Below, in pieces: positions 1 through 13,897 of a stretch of 34,299 bases of DNA. The translations under genes and the position numbers were made by a program. The DNA lies in contig NC_068985.1 of NCBI RefSeq assembly GCF_001194135.2, forward strand, positions 9,255,087 to 9,289,385, read 5' to 3'. Within the stretch, counting starts at the first letter, position 1. Every line of letters starts with the position of its first letter. Below the pieces are notes generated by a model that saw nothing but the letters and a program-made list of their open reading frames with translations, did no database searches and was not told the origin of the DNA. The stretch comes from Octopus bimaculoides. Taxonomy: Eukaryota.

Positions 1-48
<48 letters not shown>
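1..48. repeat. (AT)n microsatellite, start of a low-complexity AT/AC region extending to about 1760
   Basis: Direct inspection. Confidence 0.95.
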
Positions 49-1366
49 GTATATGTATATATATGCCAGTGGTGTCTCTCTCATGAATGTGAGTCATGTA
101 ATGCTATAATGCAATGCCTGAGATATATAAATGACTGTAAAATAACAAGTCATATCACCATATGAACCATTCCTTTTCGTGAGAGACAGCTGCAACAAGG
201 GAATATACATGCCCTATGTACGCCACTTAGGTTATACAACTTGGATTTTAAAAGCTGCACGCCCTCAATTTATGTAGCACGAGATGTCTTACACCCAAAC
301 ACACACACAAGGTTGCTATCACTTATATATTCTTATACACATATATATAAATGATATACGTATATACACACACACTCATATATATATATATACTACACAC
401 ATGCATAATATATATATATATAGCTATATATGTATGCATGCATATATTTTCACACATATACACATACTTATACATCCATATATACACATAAATTTCATTT
501 ATATGTATGTTTTACAAGCATACAAACAGGACAAACATGGGTATATACATTCACATATACATATATTTTTACATATACATACATTTTTCTTGTACTGAGT
601 GAATATTGTAGCTGTGAAAAACTGATCGAATTTTTTTTTATTATCATGTTATTTTATTTATTTATCTTATTCATGTTTTACTTTTTATAATTTTTATTTA
701 TTTTATTTTTATAATTTTTATTATTATTTTTTTTCTTTTTTGCTTTTATTCTACACTTGCTACCCTCGATTCTTGCTACCCTACCTGCTACCCTCGTTTC
801 GAAAACATTAAGTGGGAGGTAACTCCACATGAGTCTCAGTAGAACTTCGAAATCTAAAGAAATATGTTTTATAATGTAATTTTAGATTTTTTTTGTTTTG
901 TTTTTTTTAGGTGAAATTTATTCAGCTATGACACGTGGTCTTTTATATCTGTCCATTTTAGTCACCACCGCAGGGTGTTACAATTAAATATTCACGAAGA
1001 AAACTGAAGGAATATGAAATCGATGAAAATTGTTACGTTTCTATATAAACAATCATGTTCTCTCTTTCTTCNNNNNNNNNNNNNNNNNNNNNNNNNNNNN
1101 NNNNNNNNNNNNNNNNNNNNNNNNNNNNNNNNNNNNNNNNNNNNNNNNNNNNNNNNNNNNNNNNNNNNNNNNNNNNNNNNNNNNNNNNNNNNNNNNNNNN
1201 NNNNNNNNNNNNNNNNNNNNNNNNNNNNNNNNNNNNNNNNNNNNNNNNNNNNNNNNNNNNNNNNNNNNNNNNNNNNNNNNNNNNNNNNNNNNATATATAT
1301 AATATATATGAGATATATGATATATATATTATAAGATATATATATATGAAAAACGATATATATATG

Positions 1367-1401
<35 letters not shown>

Positions 1402-1574
1402 TACATACGCTAATATATATAGTAATATATCTGTACTTATATCTACATATTCATACGTATATCTATATTCATGCATACATACATGCATTCATGCAAGCAC
1501 ATATATTGATACACACATATTATATATACGAATAAGCAAATATTTATAAGCCGTTTACTTTATATGCACATACG

Positions 1575-1634
<60 letters not shown>

Positions 1635-2117
1635 CAAATACATATACAGTATATATACATACATATATGTAATACATATATATAAATATATATAATACAT
1701 TAATATAAATATATACATAATACATAAATATATATATATGTATGTATTTATATATACCCATTCTCCAAGGAACACCATGTCTTTTCAAATAGGTAGAAGT
1801 GATAGAGCTGATGTCAAGCTTGTGTATAAACCAATTAAGTAAAAAGAAAACAAATGTGAAGAGATCATTAGGCATTTGGCTTCAATAGCTGCATCCCTCC
1901 GTGGTCCAGATGGCGGTGCTTAAACGGCGCGGGCAGCAGTAAGATAGTTCTCCCACTGAAGCCATGTCTTTCTGTGTCGAATTCACACAAATAAGTACCT
2001 ATTTTAGGTAGATTGGATAGAAGCAGATTCATGTAAATACTACATTTTAACTTTTTTTTTTAACCCAAAATCCAGACTTCATCCATAATATGAAAAAAAA
2101 AAATTGAAAACATACAT

Positions 2118-2154
<37 letters not shown>

Positions 2155-2312
2155 ACACACATATACACACATACATGCTTACATGTATGTAGATACATAT
2201 GTGCGTTTGTTTGTGTGTAAGTATTTAGTTATCTGTTTAAATGAGGATATATTTAAAATGCTGTCTGATTATGTACAAATGCCTATCCATAAACTTGTAT
2301 GCTGTGTGTAAT

Positions 2313-2670
2313 TCAACTGTGAATGTGTGCGGAATGTATTTTAGCAGATCCAGTAGGCAGTACTTTACACGCTCTCAGACCAAAGATCCAGTCTTTTACT
2401 TGACTCGGAAGCAACATGAGAATATTTGCACGTATATTGGCTAGCCAGTAAGGAACGTAGCGTATCTTTGGTCTCTCTATACACACAGCTTCAGCCATCA
2501 TCTCAACCACTTCGCTGACATTGCTACGGGCTCGCTTCAAATGCGTCTTAATCGATTTTATGAAACTGTCGAAATATTCTTCGCCATACACGTCGGTGAT
2601 GTCTTTTGGTGTCTCAGCCCAGCACTTCCTGTTCTTATCTTCAATGCTGTCTTCGTTTACAATTGGAGTT
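2313..2670 (-). CDS. SDR exon 5 (TPIVNEDSIEDKNRKCWAETPKDITDVYGEEYF...AHIHS stop)
   Basis: Acceptor ttaactttgcAG. Phase matches exon 4. TGA at 2315-2313. Extends ORF 2313..2591 upstream. Confidence 0.9.
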
Positions 2671-2676
2671 CTGCAA

Positions 2677-2722
<46 letters not shown>

Positions 2723-5700
2723 TAAGAAGGTCGGGCTTGTGTAGGATGAAAGATTGCAAAGATAAAGCACTGTATAAGCAATTGAAAACGAATGAAACTG
2801 AAAATAGGTGGGTAAAGAAAACAATGCATGGTCAATTTCATAGGGATGCTGAAGATAAGACAGACAGAGAAAAAATATAGCTGTGGATGACTAAAAGAGA
2901 TTTAAAACCGGAAACGGAGTCTCTAATATGTGCTGCCCAAGTGCAAGCACTAAGAACAAACTACATAAAATACAGAAAAGACAACACATCGTTCAACATC
3001 CTTAAACATACTTTATTCAAGGATCATTTGAGCTGAATGGGCTACTCAACATGAAGAAAATTCTAACTGGGCTTCACCTGCAAGGTCATGCCCTGTTTAT
3101 CGTGATGCGTCACCATGTCACGCACATATGGTTGTGATGCATGTGCATCAGACGAGTAATCATGATGGGTATACTGGGCTTCGTACATTTTACCCCAGTG
3201 TCACTTTGATGGCATGCACTGCTCTCTCACTCAATCATAATAATCCTTTCAATTAAAGGCACAAGGCCTGAAATTTTATAGGAAGGGACTAGTCGATTTT
3301 GCTGACCCCAGTGTTTCACTTATACTTAACTTATCGACTCCTGAAAGATGAAAGGCAAAGTCGACCTCGGTGGAAATTGAACTCAGAACGCAAAGACAGA
3401 CGAAATATCGCTAAACACCGGGAGATCTAGACCAAAACAAACCCCTAAAAATATAACCGGTTTGTCCGTCTAGCCCTATGCAGCGCTGTTCGACGACATG
3501 TACCTGCATATGCAGGTGCCGAGCTGCAAGTCCAAACAATTCTCCTGGTTAATGTTTCTGTCTGTTACCACCTTGTATTTCCTTAGAGCAGTGCCTGTCA
3601 CCTCGATGTGTCTGGTGTCCGACACCCCTGCGGTGACGTCATCTGTATATGCAAACACGGATCTTCTGCATCTTAGTTCTTACGGAATGCCCCTAGAAAC
3701 CTTAATTTCCTGACGTAAATGGCTCAAGAGTCAGTACGTACAAAATGGAAGAGATGGTACATCCCTGACGGACTGAATGCATGATGCTGAACGTTTCCGA
3801 CAGTTGACCATTTACTCTGACCACCGAGCAAATGTCGCTGTACATAGCAGTGAGCTTCTGAAGGTGTGCCCGAAACTAGAACCTTGAAGGGAGCAGCCAA
3901 GTATTGATAGTCAACCCTATCGAAGGCTTTCGATAGATGTAAATTGATCGGGGCCCTGCCCATGTCGAGCTCTTTACCAACGTTCTTATAATGTACTGCA
4001 TGAGGGGTAGAGGTTGTCATGGATAGACCTGTTTGGGATGTCTTATCTGCGAATTACTGACAAGACCATCAATGACAAGTTTTGATCGACACCTTCCTTG
4101 AAAATTTCTGGAACTCTGCATTTAACAGTTATGGGCATAATATTATCAAAGTTGTCTCCCTTGTTCAGGTCCTTTCTGAACAACACTACTACACCACAGC
4201 TCACATGGCTAGGATTTTTTTTTCGTTTACTGCCAAATGAAGTAGACGTTTACCAAACGATCACCGAACAATTTCTGGCATATGAAAGTAAGGCTAGTAA
4301 GGGCAAACCATTCAAGCAAACCATCCAACTCAGGTGACTACTGTACGCAGCCAGCCAACGTTCCTGTATTTCATTCATAACCCCAGTAGACAGCCAAGGA
4401 AAGCAATCGAGGTAGGTTGTAAAACTTACCGCTATATCCACCACACTATACGCCCCGAACAGTTGGGCAAAGTGCCATAGAAAAGCTGCACACATTTGTT
4501 TTGAGCAGAGTGCCATGTGTCCATCTCCGCCCACAAGACCGTATTATGCTGTTAATGTCACGTTGTTCCTCTGTCACTCGTGTGCGTCAAATGGTTTTCA
4601 TGACTTCAAGTATGAAAGCACATTCCTGAAGAAGGGCCACCTCGAATATAGGTTTCAAACTTTGGGATAAGGCTAGCAATTTTAGGGGGAGGTTAGGGGT
4701 GTAAGTCGATTACATCATCCCCTGTGCTCAGCTGGTACCTATTTTATCGTCTCCCAAAGGATGAAAAATAAAGTCGGCCTCAGCGGAACTTGAACTCAGA
4801 ACGTAACGACGGACGAAATATTGCTAAGCATTTTGCCCTGCGTACTCAACAATTCTGCCAGCTCACTGCCTTAGGAAACCTCAAACATTATCAGAAAATT
4901 AATCAAAATCAAATATAATGCTAAATGTGACAGTTTGAAATGGCTATCATGTTTCTTCAACAGTGAAATCATTGAATTATAAAGGTATTTATAATTATTT
5001 CTGAATTTATTCATTCCCCTCCTTTCAAATGGTTCATAAGTTTATACGTACTTGTATAGTCCTGGCTCAACGGTTATAACTTTAATTTCAAATTTGTTCA
5101 TCTCTTGTCGCAATCCATCTGAGAAGGCAATGCATGCAACTTTGGACATAGAGTACGCCGAGAATGCTGGCAGCGTGAATCGACCTGTTGTTAAATAAAA
5201 TACAACAATAAATTACATAATTAAAAGTAATAGATATTTCTAAACTACAATAGTTTTCTCTCTGTTCCTTCATTGTCTGATTATATGGTTTTAGTTTTAC
5301 TTTCAGTCCCACAATGCAACACCTTAGTAAAGTGTTATCGACAAAAAACTTGAACCAAAAGATGTCTTCTGAATAAAATTTGATAAACAGAACGTGTTCA
5401 GAGCGACCAAGCTGTTTCTATTCCTGGGTGCTAGATTTAATCCGTTGACCCGTTTCATGCCACCACTTGGCCCATGGATAACATTTAACGGAATTTATTC
5501 TGACGTAAGAATTCGAGAAAAGTCTCCAGTGTAAGGACAACATCCTCTTTGATTCACCAGTTTTGGAGGTCCTCCAAATCAGTAACGTGTGTTGGCCTTC
5601 TTCCTCTGATTAAGGTATTAACAATTAAATAAAGCGCGATTACTTGAGACTTAACGCTATGGTATAGAGGCAACAAAATGGCTACTATGCGGAAGTTATG

Positions 5701-6215
5701 AAGACAGTTCAGGAAGCAAATATTGAAGAGCTCATTAGAAATACTTATGTGAAGAAGAACTGTGCGTTGAGAAAAAGACTATTTTAGTCTCTGGTTGATA
5801 TTATTTTAGTTATTCTGGCAAGTGCAAAAGACAATTCCTGAGTATTTCGTTTTTATTTGAACGAAAAATATCAGACTTTACTCTAATTAGAATTTAAGCT
5901 TCACTGAAGAGGTTTAACAAGATGAAGAAAATGACCAGAGTTGACTCACATAACTGCAGAAATAATTAAAATAACACCAGTCATTGACTTATTGCGTCTT
6001 TTTCTCAACGCTTAATTATTTGTTATTAACTTTTTACTGCTGCACTAAATATATTAGCATTAACTTAACTATTATTAACCATGGAGCTGCCATTTCTAAG
6101 TAATACTGTTCTAAAATATGACGTTGAAGGATAACGTAATGTCACTCTTTTGGGTGGCAGATCAACATTCATATCGTATTACAAGCAACAGTTTTCAGAC
6201 TGAACATCTCAGTTA

Positions 6216-6266
<51 letters not shown>

Positions 6267-6281
6267 TTGTTGGTATCGTTC

Positions 6282-6312
<31 letters not shown>

Positions 6313-7367
6313 GCTTCAGGTCAGTTATGATCAAGTGTCTTCATGACCAAAACTGTTCCAACAGTCGACGTTACTTCTTTATTTCAGGTATATGATATCT
6401 AAAACTACGATGATAGAGGATTAATAATGATTGACTTAGTTGATAATTCTAGAAGACCAGGCGATTGCTTCCGAGCTCCTTTGTGGACTTAGTTAGTCGA
6501 TTTATAACAAACAAGGGGTCTAATTTTACTTTTTATGACTGGGAGAAATTTTACCGCTAATTCTAGCATGTCGAGGGACCTAGTATAAGATTGCATCGAG
6601 TCATTTGCAGAAGAGTTACAGCTTAGTCCTAAGTTAGCTCTTATCAAGCAGACCAATGGTCAAAGATTTCCCAGTCAAGATAATTCCATCTTTTGCAGAT
6701 AGATACCTGCATTATCCAGTGTCATTTACTTTTTCACTACGAGACAGAAATATGATTTGAAGGACATTTAGCTGTAGATTTTAACAGGTCGAGCGAAACC
6801 ACATACATGATTTTTCTTTGACTCTACTTAAGAGAAATAAGAGGAAATGATTAGATTCCTCTACTTACCTGCAAGACTGGCCACATTGACCACTCTGCCT
6901 TTTGATTCACGAAGTAAGGGCAAGAAAGCTTTCGTCACACGAACCATTCCCATTACGTTAACGTTCATGATATGCTGGAACTGGCTCACGGCACACCATT
7001 CAATTTCTGATATTTCAGCAATTCCAGCGTTATTCACAAGAGCCCACAGCACTGCATTTTGGTTTCAGAAATGAAATGAAAAGAAAAACAGAAAAGAGAA
7101 AAATAAACACCATATATATATATATAAGATCAGTCATGTGTATTCAATCTTGAAGGATTGCTTCGAAACACAAGGCATGATATATGAATATGCAAAGTTA
7201 GTGTCTCCACAGCATGAAACTCTTATATTTAAATACTGTGAATATTAAATTATATTCATCTCTCACTGGAGAGATTACATTTTTTTGTTGATCCTGCTAT
7301 TATTGGAACAGTAATCTATTTATCTATCTATCTATGGATACCCTTTACCGATCGGTCGGTCGGTCGG

Positions 7368-7398
<31 letters not shown>

Positions 7399-7474
7399 CT
7401 GTTCCACTATTAGAAAGGTCAACAAAACGTACTCTATTCAGTGAGAGATAAATATCATTTAATATACACGCCTC

Positions 7475-7522
<48 letters not shown>

Positions 7523-10500
7523 GCAAAACAAAATAGGAGTTTATATAAATATCGTATTTAAAATCTGTTCTACTTGGCTTCTTCTGTATACTCTCTGACC
7601 TCAAAAGCTAGGGACTCCAACCAAATAAAACTCAGGCTACGGTACGTGTCCTTCTTAATTTCTCTTTGTATCTATTGGAATACACACGGAGTTGTAATAC
7701 TAGTCATTTTGCGTATGATTTAGATTTAAATGGTATTACATGCACAAACGCGTGCACACAAACACACATACATACATACATACATACATCGTGAGGCACA
7801 ATGGCCCAGTGGCCTCGTGGTCGTAGGATCACAGTCGTAGGATCAGTGGTCTGGTGGTCGTAGGATCACGGTTTCGATTCCCAGATCGGGCGTTGTGAGT
7901 GTTTATTGAGTGAAAACACCTAAAGCTTCAAGAAGTTCCGGCAGGGGATGGTGGCGAACCCTGCTGTATTCTTTCACAACTTTCTCTCACTCTTACTTCC
8001 TGTTTCTGTTGTGCCTGTAATTCAAAGGGTCAGCCTTGTCACACTGTGTCACGCTGAATCTCCCCGAGAACTACGTTAAGAGTACACGTGTCTGTGGAGT
8101 GCTCAGCCACTTGTACGTTAATTTCATGAGCAGACTGTTCTGTTGATCGGATCAACTGGAACCCTCGTCGTCGTAACCGACGGAGTGTCACATCCATACA
8201 TTTATGACAGCTGCAGAAAACGCATGTGCAGGAAGTGAACGGGAACGAGTAGACATCTCTGATGAGGCGTTTATAAAGAACGAAGCAAATCAGATAATTT
8301 TTCTGGCTACAAACAAAAGAAAAACGAGCCATCGAGAAAGAACTCGAGATGCTTGCTCACCTTGTTAAAAAAAAGCAGCAATGTTACATCTTGTCACACC
8401 TTTCTGTCATACAAAAAAAACGAAGGACGCTTTATAGAATGTTGTTCTTGACATAACACCAAATGAGATGGTCGCGACAGGAGCACCGAAATATAGCTAA
8501 GCTGCAACAACAGGAGCAGGGACTAAATTCCCGAGGGGTGACATTCCGGATAAGAAAAAATGTGCATAGTCTGTGTGAAGACATAATATGAATAACGACA
8601 GGAGAAATGGCGGTGAGTTACGAGAATCTTAGTTGACGGAGTTGGCAGACAGTCAGCGTGGTTTAGAACATCAACAAAACCGAAGAATAGACAAAATTAT
8701 ACGTCCTCAGACTTTGAAATGGGTTACATGCACACACGCACAATCACACACTGATACATATGGTGAACGAGGAGGAGGGGAATATACAACACAATCTACA
8801 TATATTGTACATATTGAGTATGTGGTCTCTTCAAATTGAATATTTATTTCGTAACTCGAGTTTCCAAAAAGAACTGAGAGAAGGAGTGAAGAAAAGAGTG
8901 ACGAAGGGACGAGGAAACCTCTGTCAACTGGCCGTCGTTGCATAATCATCTCTCTGCAATTTTCCTACTCTCTGACTCTTTAATTTTTATAAATAATAAA
9001 GCAAATAATGAACCCATTTTTATTTTACTTTTTCAAGATCGTTCATTGAAAATGTTTTTTAAACATCAATCGTCTATTTTTAAAAATAAACGGATAGTCT
9101 CGTATATTTTAGTTTCATTTCATTTATCGTTTAAATTAAGACCATTACCTTCGGGTTGTGTACAGCTATTAATAGAATAATTATAGACAGCAAAGGATGC
9201 GAACTTGAGAAACGAAAATAGATTGTTTTGATATGAAAGCCTTATTAAAAATACTGAAAGTATACACACATCCTCTTTGCTCTAGATGTCAAAACCTACG
9301 CACTGGATGGAAAATAGTTTTTCTATATTCGGTTAAAAGCCTATCGAATACAATTACGGAAGCTGCACTTAAAATCATCTCAATGAGAAGAGTACAAAAA
9401 TTTAAAAGCTGCGTACACAAGAAACTTCTGACATTATTCTTCCTTAAAAAGGCAGTAAAATACGGACTGGACCATTGAAGCTTTCTTTCATTACAAATAT
9501 CTCGTAAATGGAGCTAGGTTTCATTCACGTGCGTTATAATCCTTTCTACTATAGGCACAAGGCCTGAAATTTTGGGAGAGTGGTTTAGTCGATTACATCG
9601 ACCCAGTGCTTAACTGGTATTTTTTCATTGATCTTCAAGGAAATGAAAGGCAAAGTTGACTTCGACAGAATTTGAACTCAGAATATCGAGGCAGAAGAAA
9701 CACCGCTTAGCATTTTGTCTTGCCTGCTAACGATGTTGCTAACTCGCCGCTTTGATGTAACTAAATATTGCTATCGAATTTTTGTAGGAGGTCAGTAGTT
9801 TCTGAGGAGAGGGTCAAGTCGATTACATCGACCCCAGTGTTCGACTACTACTTTTTTTTTTTCAGCGATCCCTCGAAAGTATGAAAGGCAAATTTCACTT
9901 CGGCTGAATTTGAACTCAGAGCGTGGTCGATAGAAGACATTCATCGATACCGACCCCAACATTTAACTGGTTTTTTATTTAGTCAATTCTAGAATGATGA
10001 ACAGCAAAGTCAACCCTAGCGGGATTTGAACACAGTTTGTGAAGAGAAATTATTAAACACCTCTGCATATGCTCTATCCGTATGCCTCTCAGTTAGGCTG
10101 CGTTTTGAATCTGGACATTGCACCTGGTCATTCGAACTTACTACCAACGAGCCAGCGAGGAGGCACAATATATATCCACTATATATTTGCTCAATCTGTC
10201 AGAAATAGCAGCCAAAGCTACCTCGAAATACGTCCTACAATAGTATAAGCTGGATACATCGAATAACGAAGTACTGGATAAACAAAAGATCGGCGTGGTT
10301 ATAACTAAAACGAATTACGTATTGGACAAAAGATCTCAGTCACAGATGAATTTTGGTCTAAACAATAGTTGTTTGTTCCTTCTCGAGCCATGCCTGGCTC
10401 ATAAGGCGGGTTTCCCGGTTTCATTGGCGTATAGGTTCCCCACCTGGACGGGACGTCGGTCCGTTGCAGATGAGCTGCTAGATGCAGGAGGAAAGAGTGA

Positions 10501-11831
10501 GAGAAAATTATGGCGAAAGAGTCAGCAGAAGTTCGCCATTACCTTCTGCCGGGGGCTGGTGGAGCTTAGGTGTTTCGCTCATAAACACACACACCGCCCG
10601 GTCTGAGATTCGAACCCGCGATACATCGACCGCGAGTCCGCTGCTATAACGACTAGGCCTCCCTAAACAACAGTAATGACAGCATATTATTATGTGCCAG
10701 ACGTGTAAGAGCTGAATCGAGGTAACTTCCACACCAAACCAACGGTGAAAACCGATCTATGGATTAATGCACGACCCAAAAATACGTAGTCTCTCCAACA
10801 AGGGACTTCCTTGTATAAGACGTATTCAAAAACGCTAGCATGTAGGATCCAAGCCAGGAATATGTAACAGCCTAATTGGTCTCTTAATTACACGGCAGCG
10901 CCTGCACGAGAAGACAGCATATTTAGAGGATCTTCAAGTACTTTCGTTAGTTCTTCAAAACATGATTGTGTATATTGTTGCAGTTTACTGGCATTCGACT
11001 AATACGACTCACAAAATAAATGTTGATTTGGAAGCAATTATTATAATTGCCTTTTTAATTAAATCCATCCTAATTAATACTTAACTGATGTAGCAATGGT
11101 GTCATAGTATTTCCGCTGTGATGAAATATATAAATATAAAGAACACACGTATAGACGTGTATATATATATGTATAATGAACTTCTAAATCTCTCAGAGAG
11201 ACTTAAGCAGTAGTGATGCGATAAAGTAGTTGTATACTGCCAACTTAACGTGACAGTCCCAATAAGTATATTCCCTTATTGGGACTGTCACGTTAAGTTG
11301 GCAGTATACAACTANNNNNNNNNNNNNNNNNNNNNNNNNNNNNNNNNNNNNNNNNNNNNNNNNNNNNNNNNNNNNNNNNNNNNNNNNNNNNNNNNNNNNN
11401 NNNNNNNNNNNNNNNNNNNNNNNNNNNNNNNNNNNNNNNNNNNNNNNNNNNNNNNNNNNNNNNNNNNNNNNNNNNNNNNNNNNNNNNNNNNNNNNNNNNN
11501 NNNNNNNNNNNNNNNNNNNNNNNNNNNNNNNNNNNNNNNNNNNNNNNNNNNNNNNNNNNNNNNNNNNNNNNNNNNNNNNNNNNNNNNNNNNNNNNNNNNN
11601 NNNNNNNNNNNNNNNNNNNNNNNNNNNNNNNNNNNNNNNNNNNNNNNNNNNNNNNNNNNNNNNNNNNNNNNNNNNNNNNNNNNNNNNNNNNNNNNNNNNN
11701 NNNNNNNNNNNNNNNNNNNNNNNNNNNNNNNNNNNNNNNNNNNNNNNNNNNNNNNNNNNNNNNNNNNNNNNNNNNNNNNNNNNNNNNNNNNNNNNNNNNN
11801 NNNNNNNNNNNNNNNNNNNNNNNNNNNNNNN

Positions 11832-11919
<88 letters not shown>

Positions 11920-13731
11920 TAAATATGTATGTATGTATATCATATGTACATACATAAATATTTAGCCTGCTTAGTGAGAGTGGCTTTTAGACATCCTGCA
12001 GAATAAATACATGACCTCTAAAAGAAGGGATGAACACAGGATCAAAGGCCATCCCGTTACATGAGGTGTGTGTGTGTGTGTGTGTGTGTGTGTCTACACG
12101 ACTGTATATTCAAGCAGTACTACAACGGACTACAACAGACCTCCATACTCTTTTATATTCCGGACGATCGCATAAGCATTTAGATCGCAGCTACTCCGTA
12201 TGTGTTTTACTGTTATGAACTAACACTTGTGCTGCAATAAATATTGCATTTATTTCAGAACTAATTCATATTCCATTTAACCTCGAAGAGACGGGTATCC
12301 CAAGCTGTTTACTGATACCAAATGTACTATATACTGACAACACACCATCACTACATACAAAACACCAATTTCCATAGACTTTACTGTGTGCTTTTTTCGT
12401 GACACCAGCACAAGTGTGATCGCGCTGCAGCTCGCAAGGTTGTTGTCCCCACTAAGTGAGGATACATTACAGAGAAAAGCGGCTTTGTGCAGGGATGTGA
12501 GGCTAAAATATGAGAAGGAGCCAGAATTGAACATGTGTTTGTTGTAGAGAAGCTACATGGCAACATATATTATAGAAGGGAAGGTAGGAATAATCGAGGA
12601 TTGGGCTGAAAAGAGGGATGAAATAGAGGTGAGGAGGTATCAGCAAGGCGATGAGAGGTTAAAGTATGAGAGAAGGGACCGTTAACTAGAATAACATTAT
12701 GCATCTATCCTTGATCTTTTCTGCAGAGGATTCTTTAAAATACTTTCGATCTGTCCTTCAACTCTTCTAAGACCTAATTCATAGATCATTAAATCAAGCC
12801 AGGTACTTTACGAGTACTTACTTTCATCAACCGTAAAATGATGATTGGCAAAACTGGTCACCATACCTGCAGCTATTCAGGCCGAGCATCAACGGCATCC
12901 GCCTCTTTACTCTGTGAGAACCCGCAATAATTATGGACACTATCGCTCTTCTCTTGATTAAGTTCTGAACACAAAAAGACATGACTGCGCAGAAGTGGCT
13001 GCGTGGTAAGAAGCTTACTTTCCGACCACATGGTTCCGGGTTCAGTCCCACTGCGTAGCACATTGGGCAAGTGTCTTCTACTATAGCTTCGGGCTGACCA
13101 AAGCCTTGTGAGTGGACTTGATAGACGGAAACTGAAAGAATCCCATCGTATATATATANNNNNNNNNNNNNNNNNNNNNNNNNNNNNNNNNNNNNNNNNN
13201 NNNNNNNNNNNNNNNNNNNNNNNNNNNNNNNNNNNNNNNNNNNNNNNNNNNNNNNNNNNNNNNNNNNNNNNNNNNNNNNNNNNNNNNNNNNNNNNNNNNN
13301 NNNNNNNNNNNNNNNNNNNNNNNNNNNNNNNNNNNNNNNNNNNNNNNNNNNNNNNNNNNNNNNNNNNNNNNNNNNNNNNNNNNNNNNNNNNNNNNNNNNN
13401 NNNNNNNNNNNNNNNNNNNNNNNNNNNNNNNNNNNNNNNNNNNNNNNNNNNNNNNNNNNNNNNNNNNNNNNNNNNNNNNNNNNNNNNNNNNNNNNNNNNN
13501 NNNNNNNNNNNNNNNNNNNNNNNNNNNNNNNNNNNNNNNNNNNNNNNNNNNNNNNNNNNNNNNNNNNNNNNNNNNNNNNNNNNNNNNNNNNNNNNNNNNN
13601 NNNNNNNNNNNNNNNNNNNNNNNNNNNNNNNNNNNNNNNNNNNNNNNNNNNNNNNNNNNNNNNNNNNNNNNNNNNNCAGGTGTCTTGGGGAAATTTCGAA
13701 CCTGGGTTCTCATTCCTAAGGTATTTTTCGA

Positions 13732-13769
<38 letters not shown>

Positions 13770-13846
13770 GCCCACGGGCATATGGCGTAGTGGTTAAGAG
13801 CGCGGGCTACTAACCCCAAGATTCCGACTTCGATTCCAAGCAGTGA

Positions 13847-13897
<51 letters not shown>

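Noticed and set aside
284-1875. Several 70-160 aa ORFs rich in Y/I/H/T/V/C
   Set aside because: Translations of AT/AC microsatellites and N-gaps; no protein signal.
6118-6330. Poly-cysteine ORF
   Set aside because: Produced by the (TGC)n(TGT)n microsatellite inside intron 3; no splice or domain support.
8250-8300. CTGATGAG...AACGAAG hammerhead-like string with ATCT/AGAT flanks
   Set aside because: Stem II cannot be closed next to the core and GAAA is not present; compatible with chance.
13776-13850. Possible tRNA gene (also the heads at 7793, 10663, 12987, 19929)
   Set aside because: Broken acceptor and anticodon stems, a mutated B box and attached SINE bodies; these are tRNA-derived heads, not genes.
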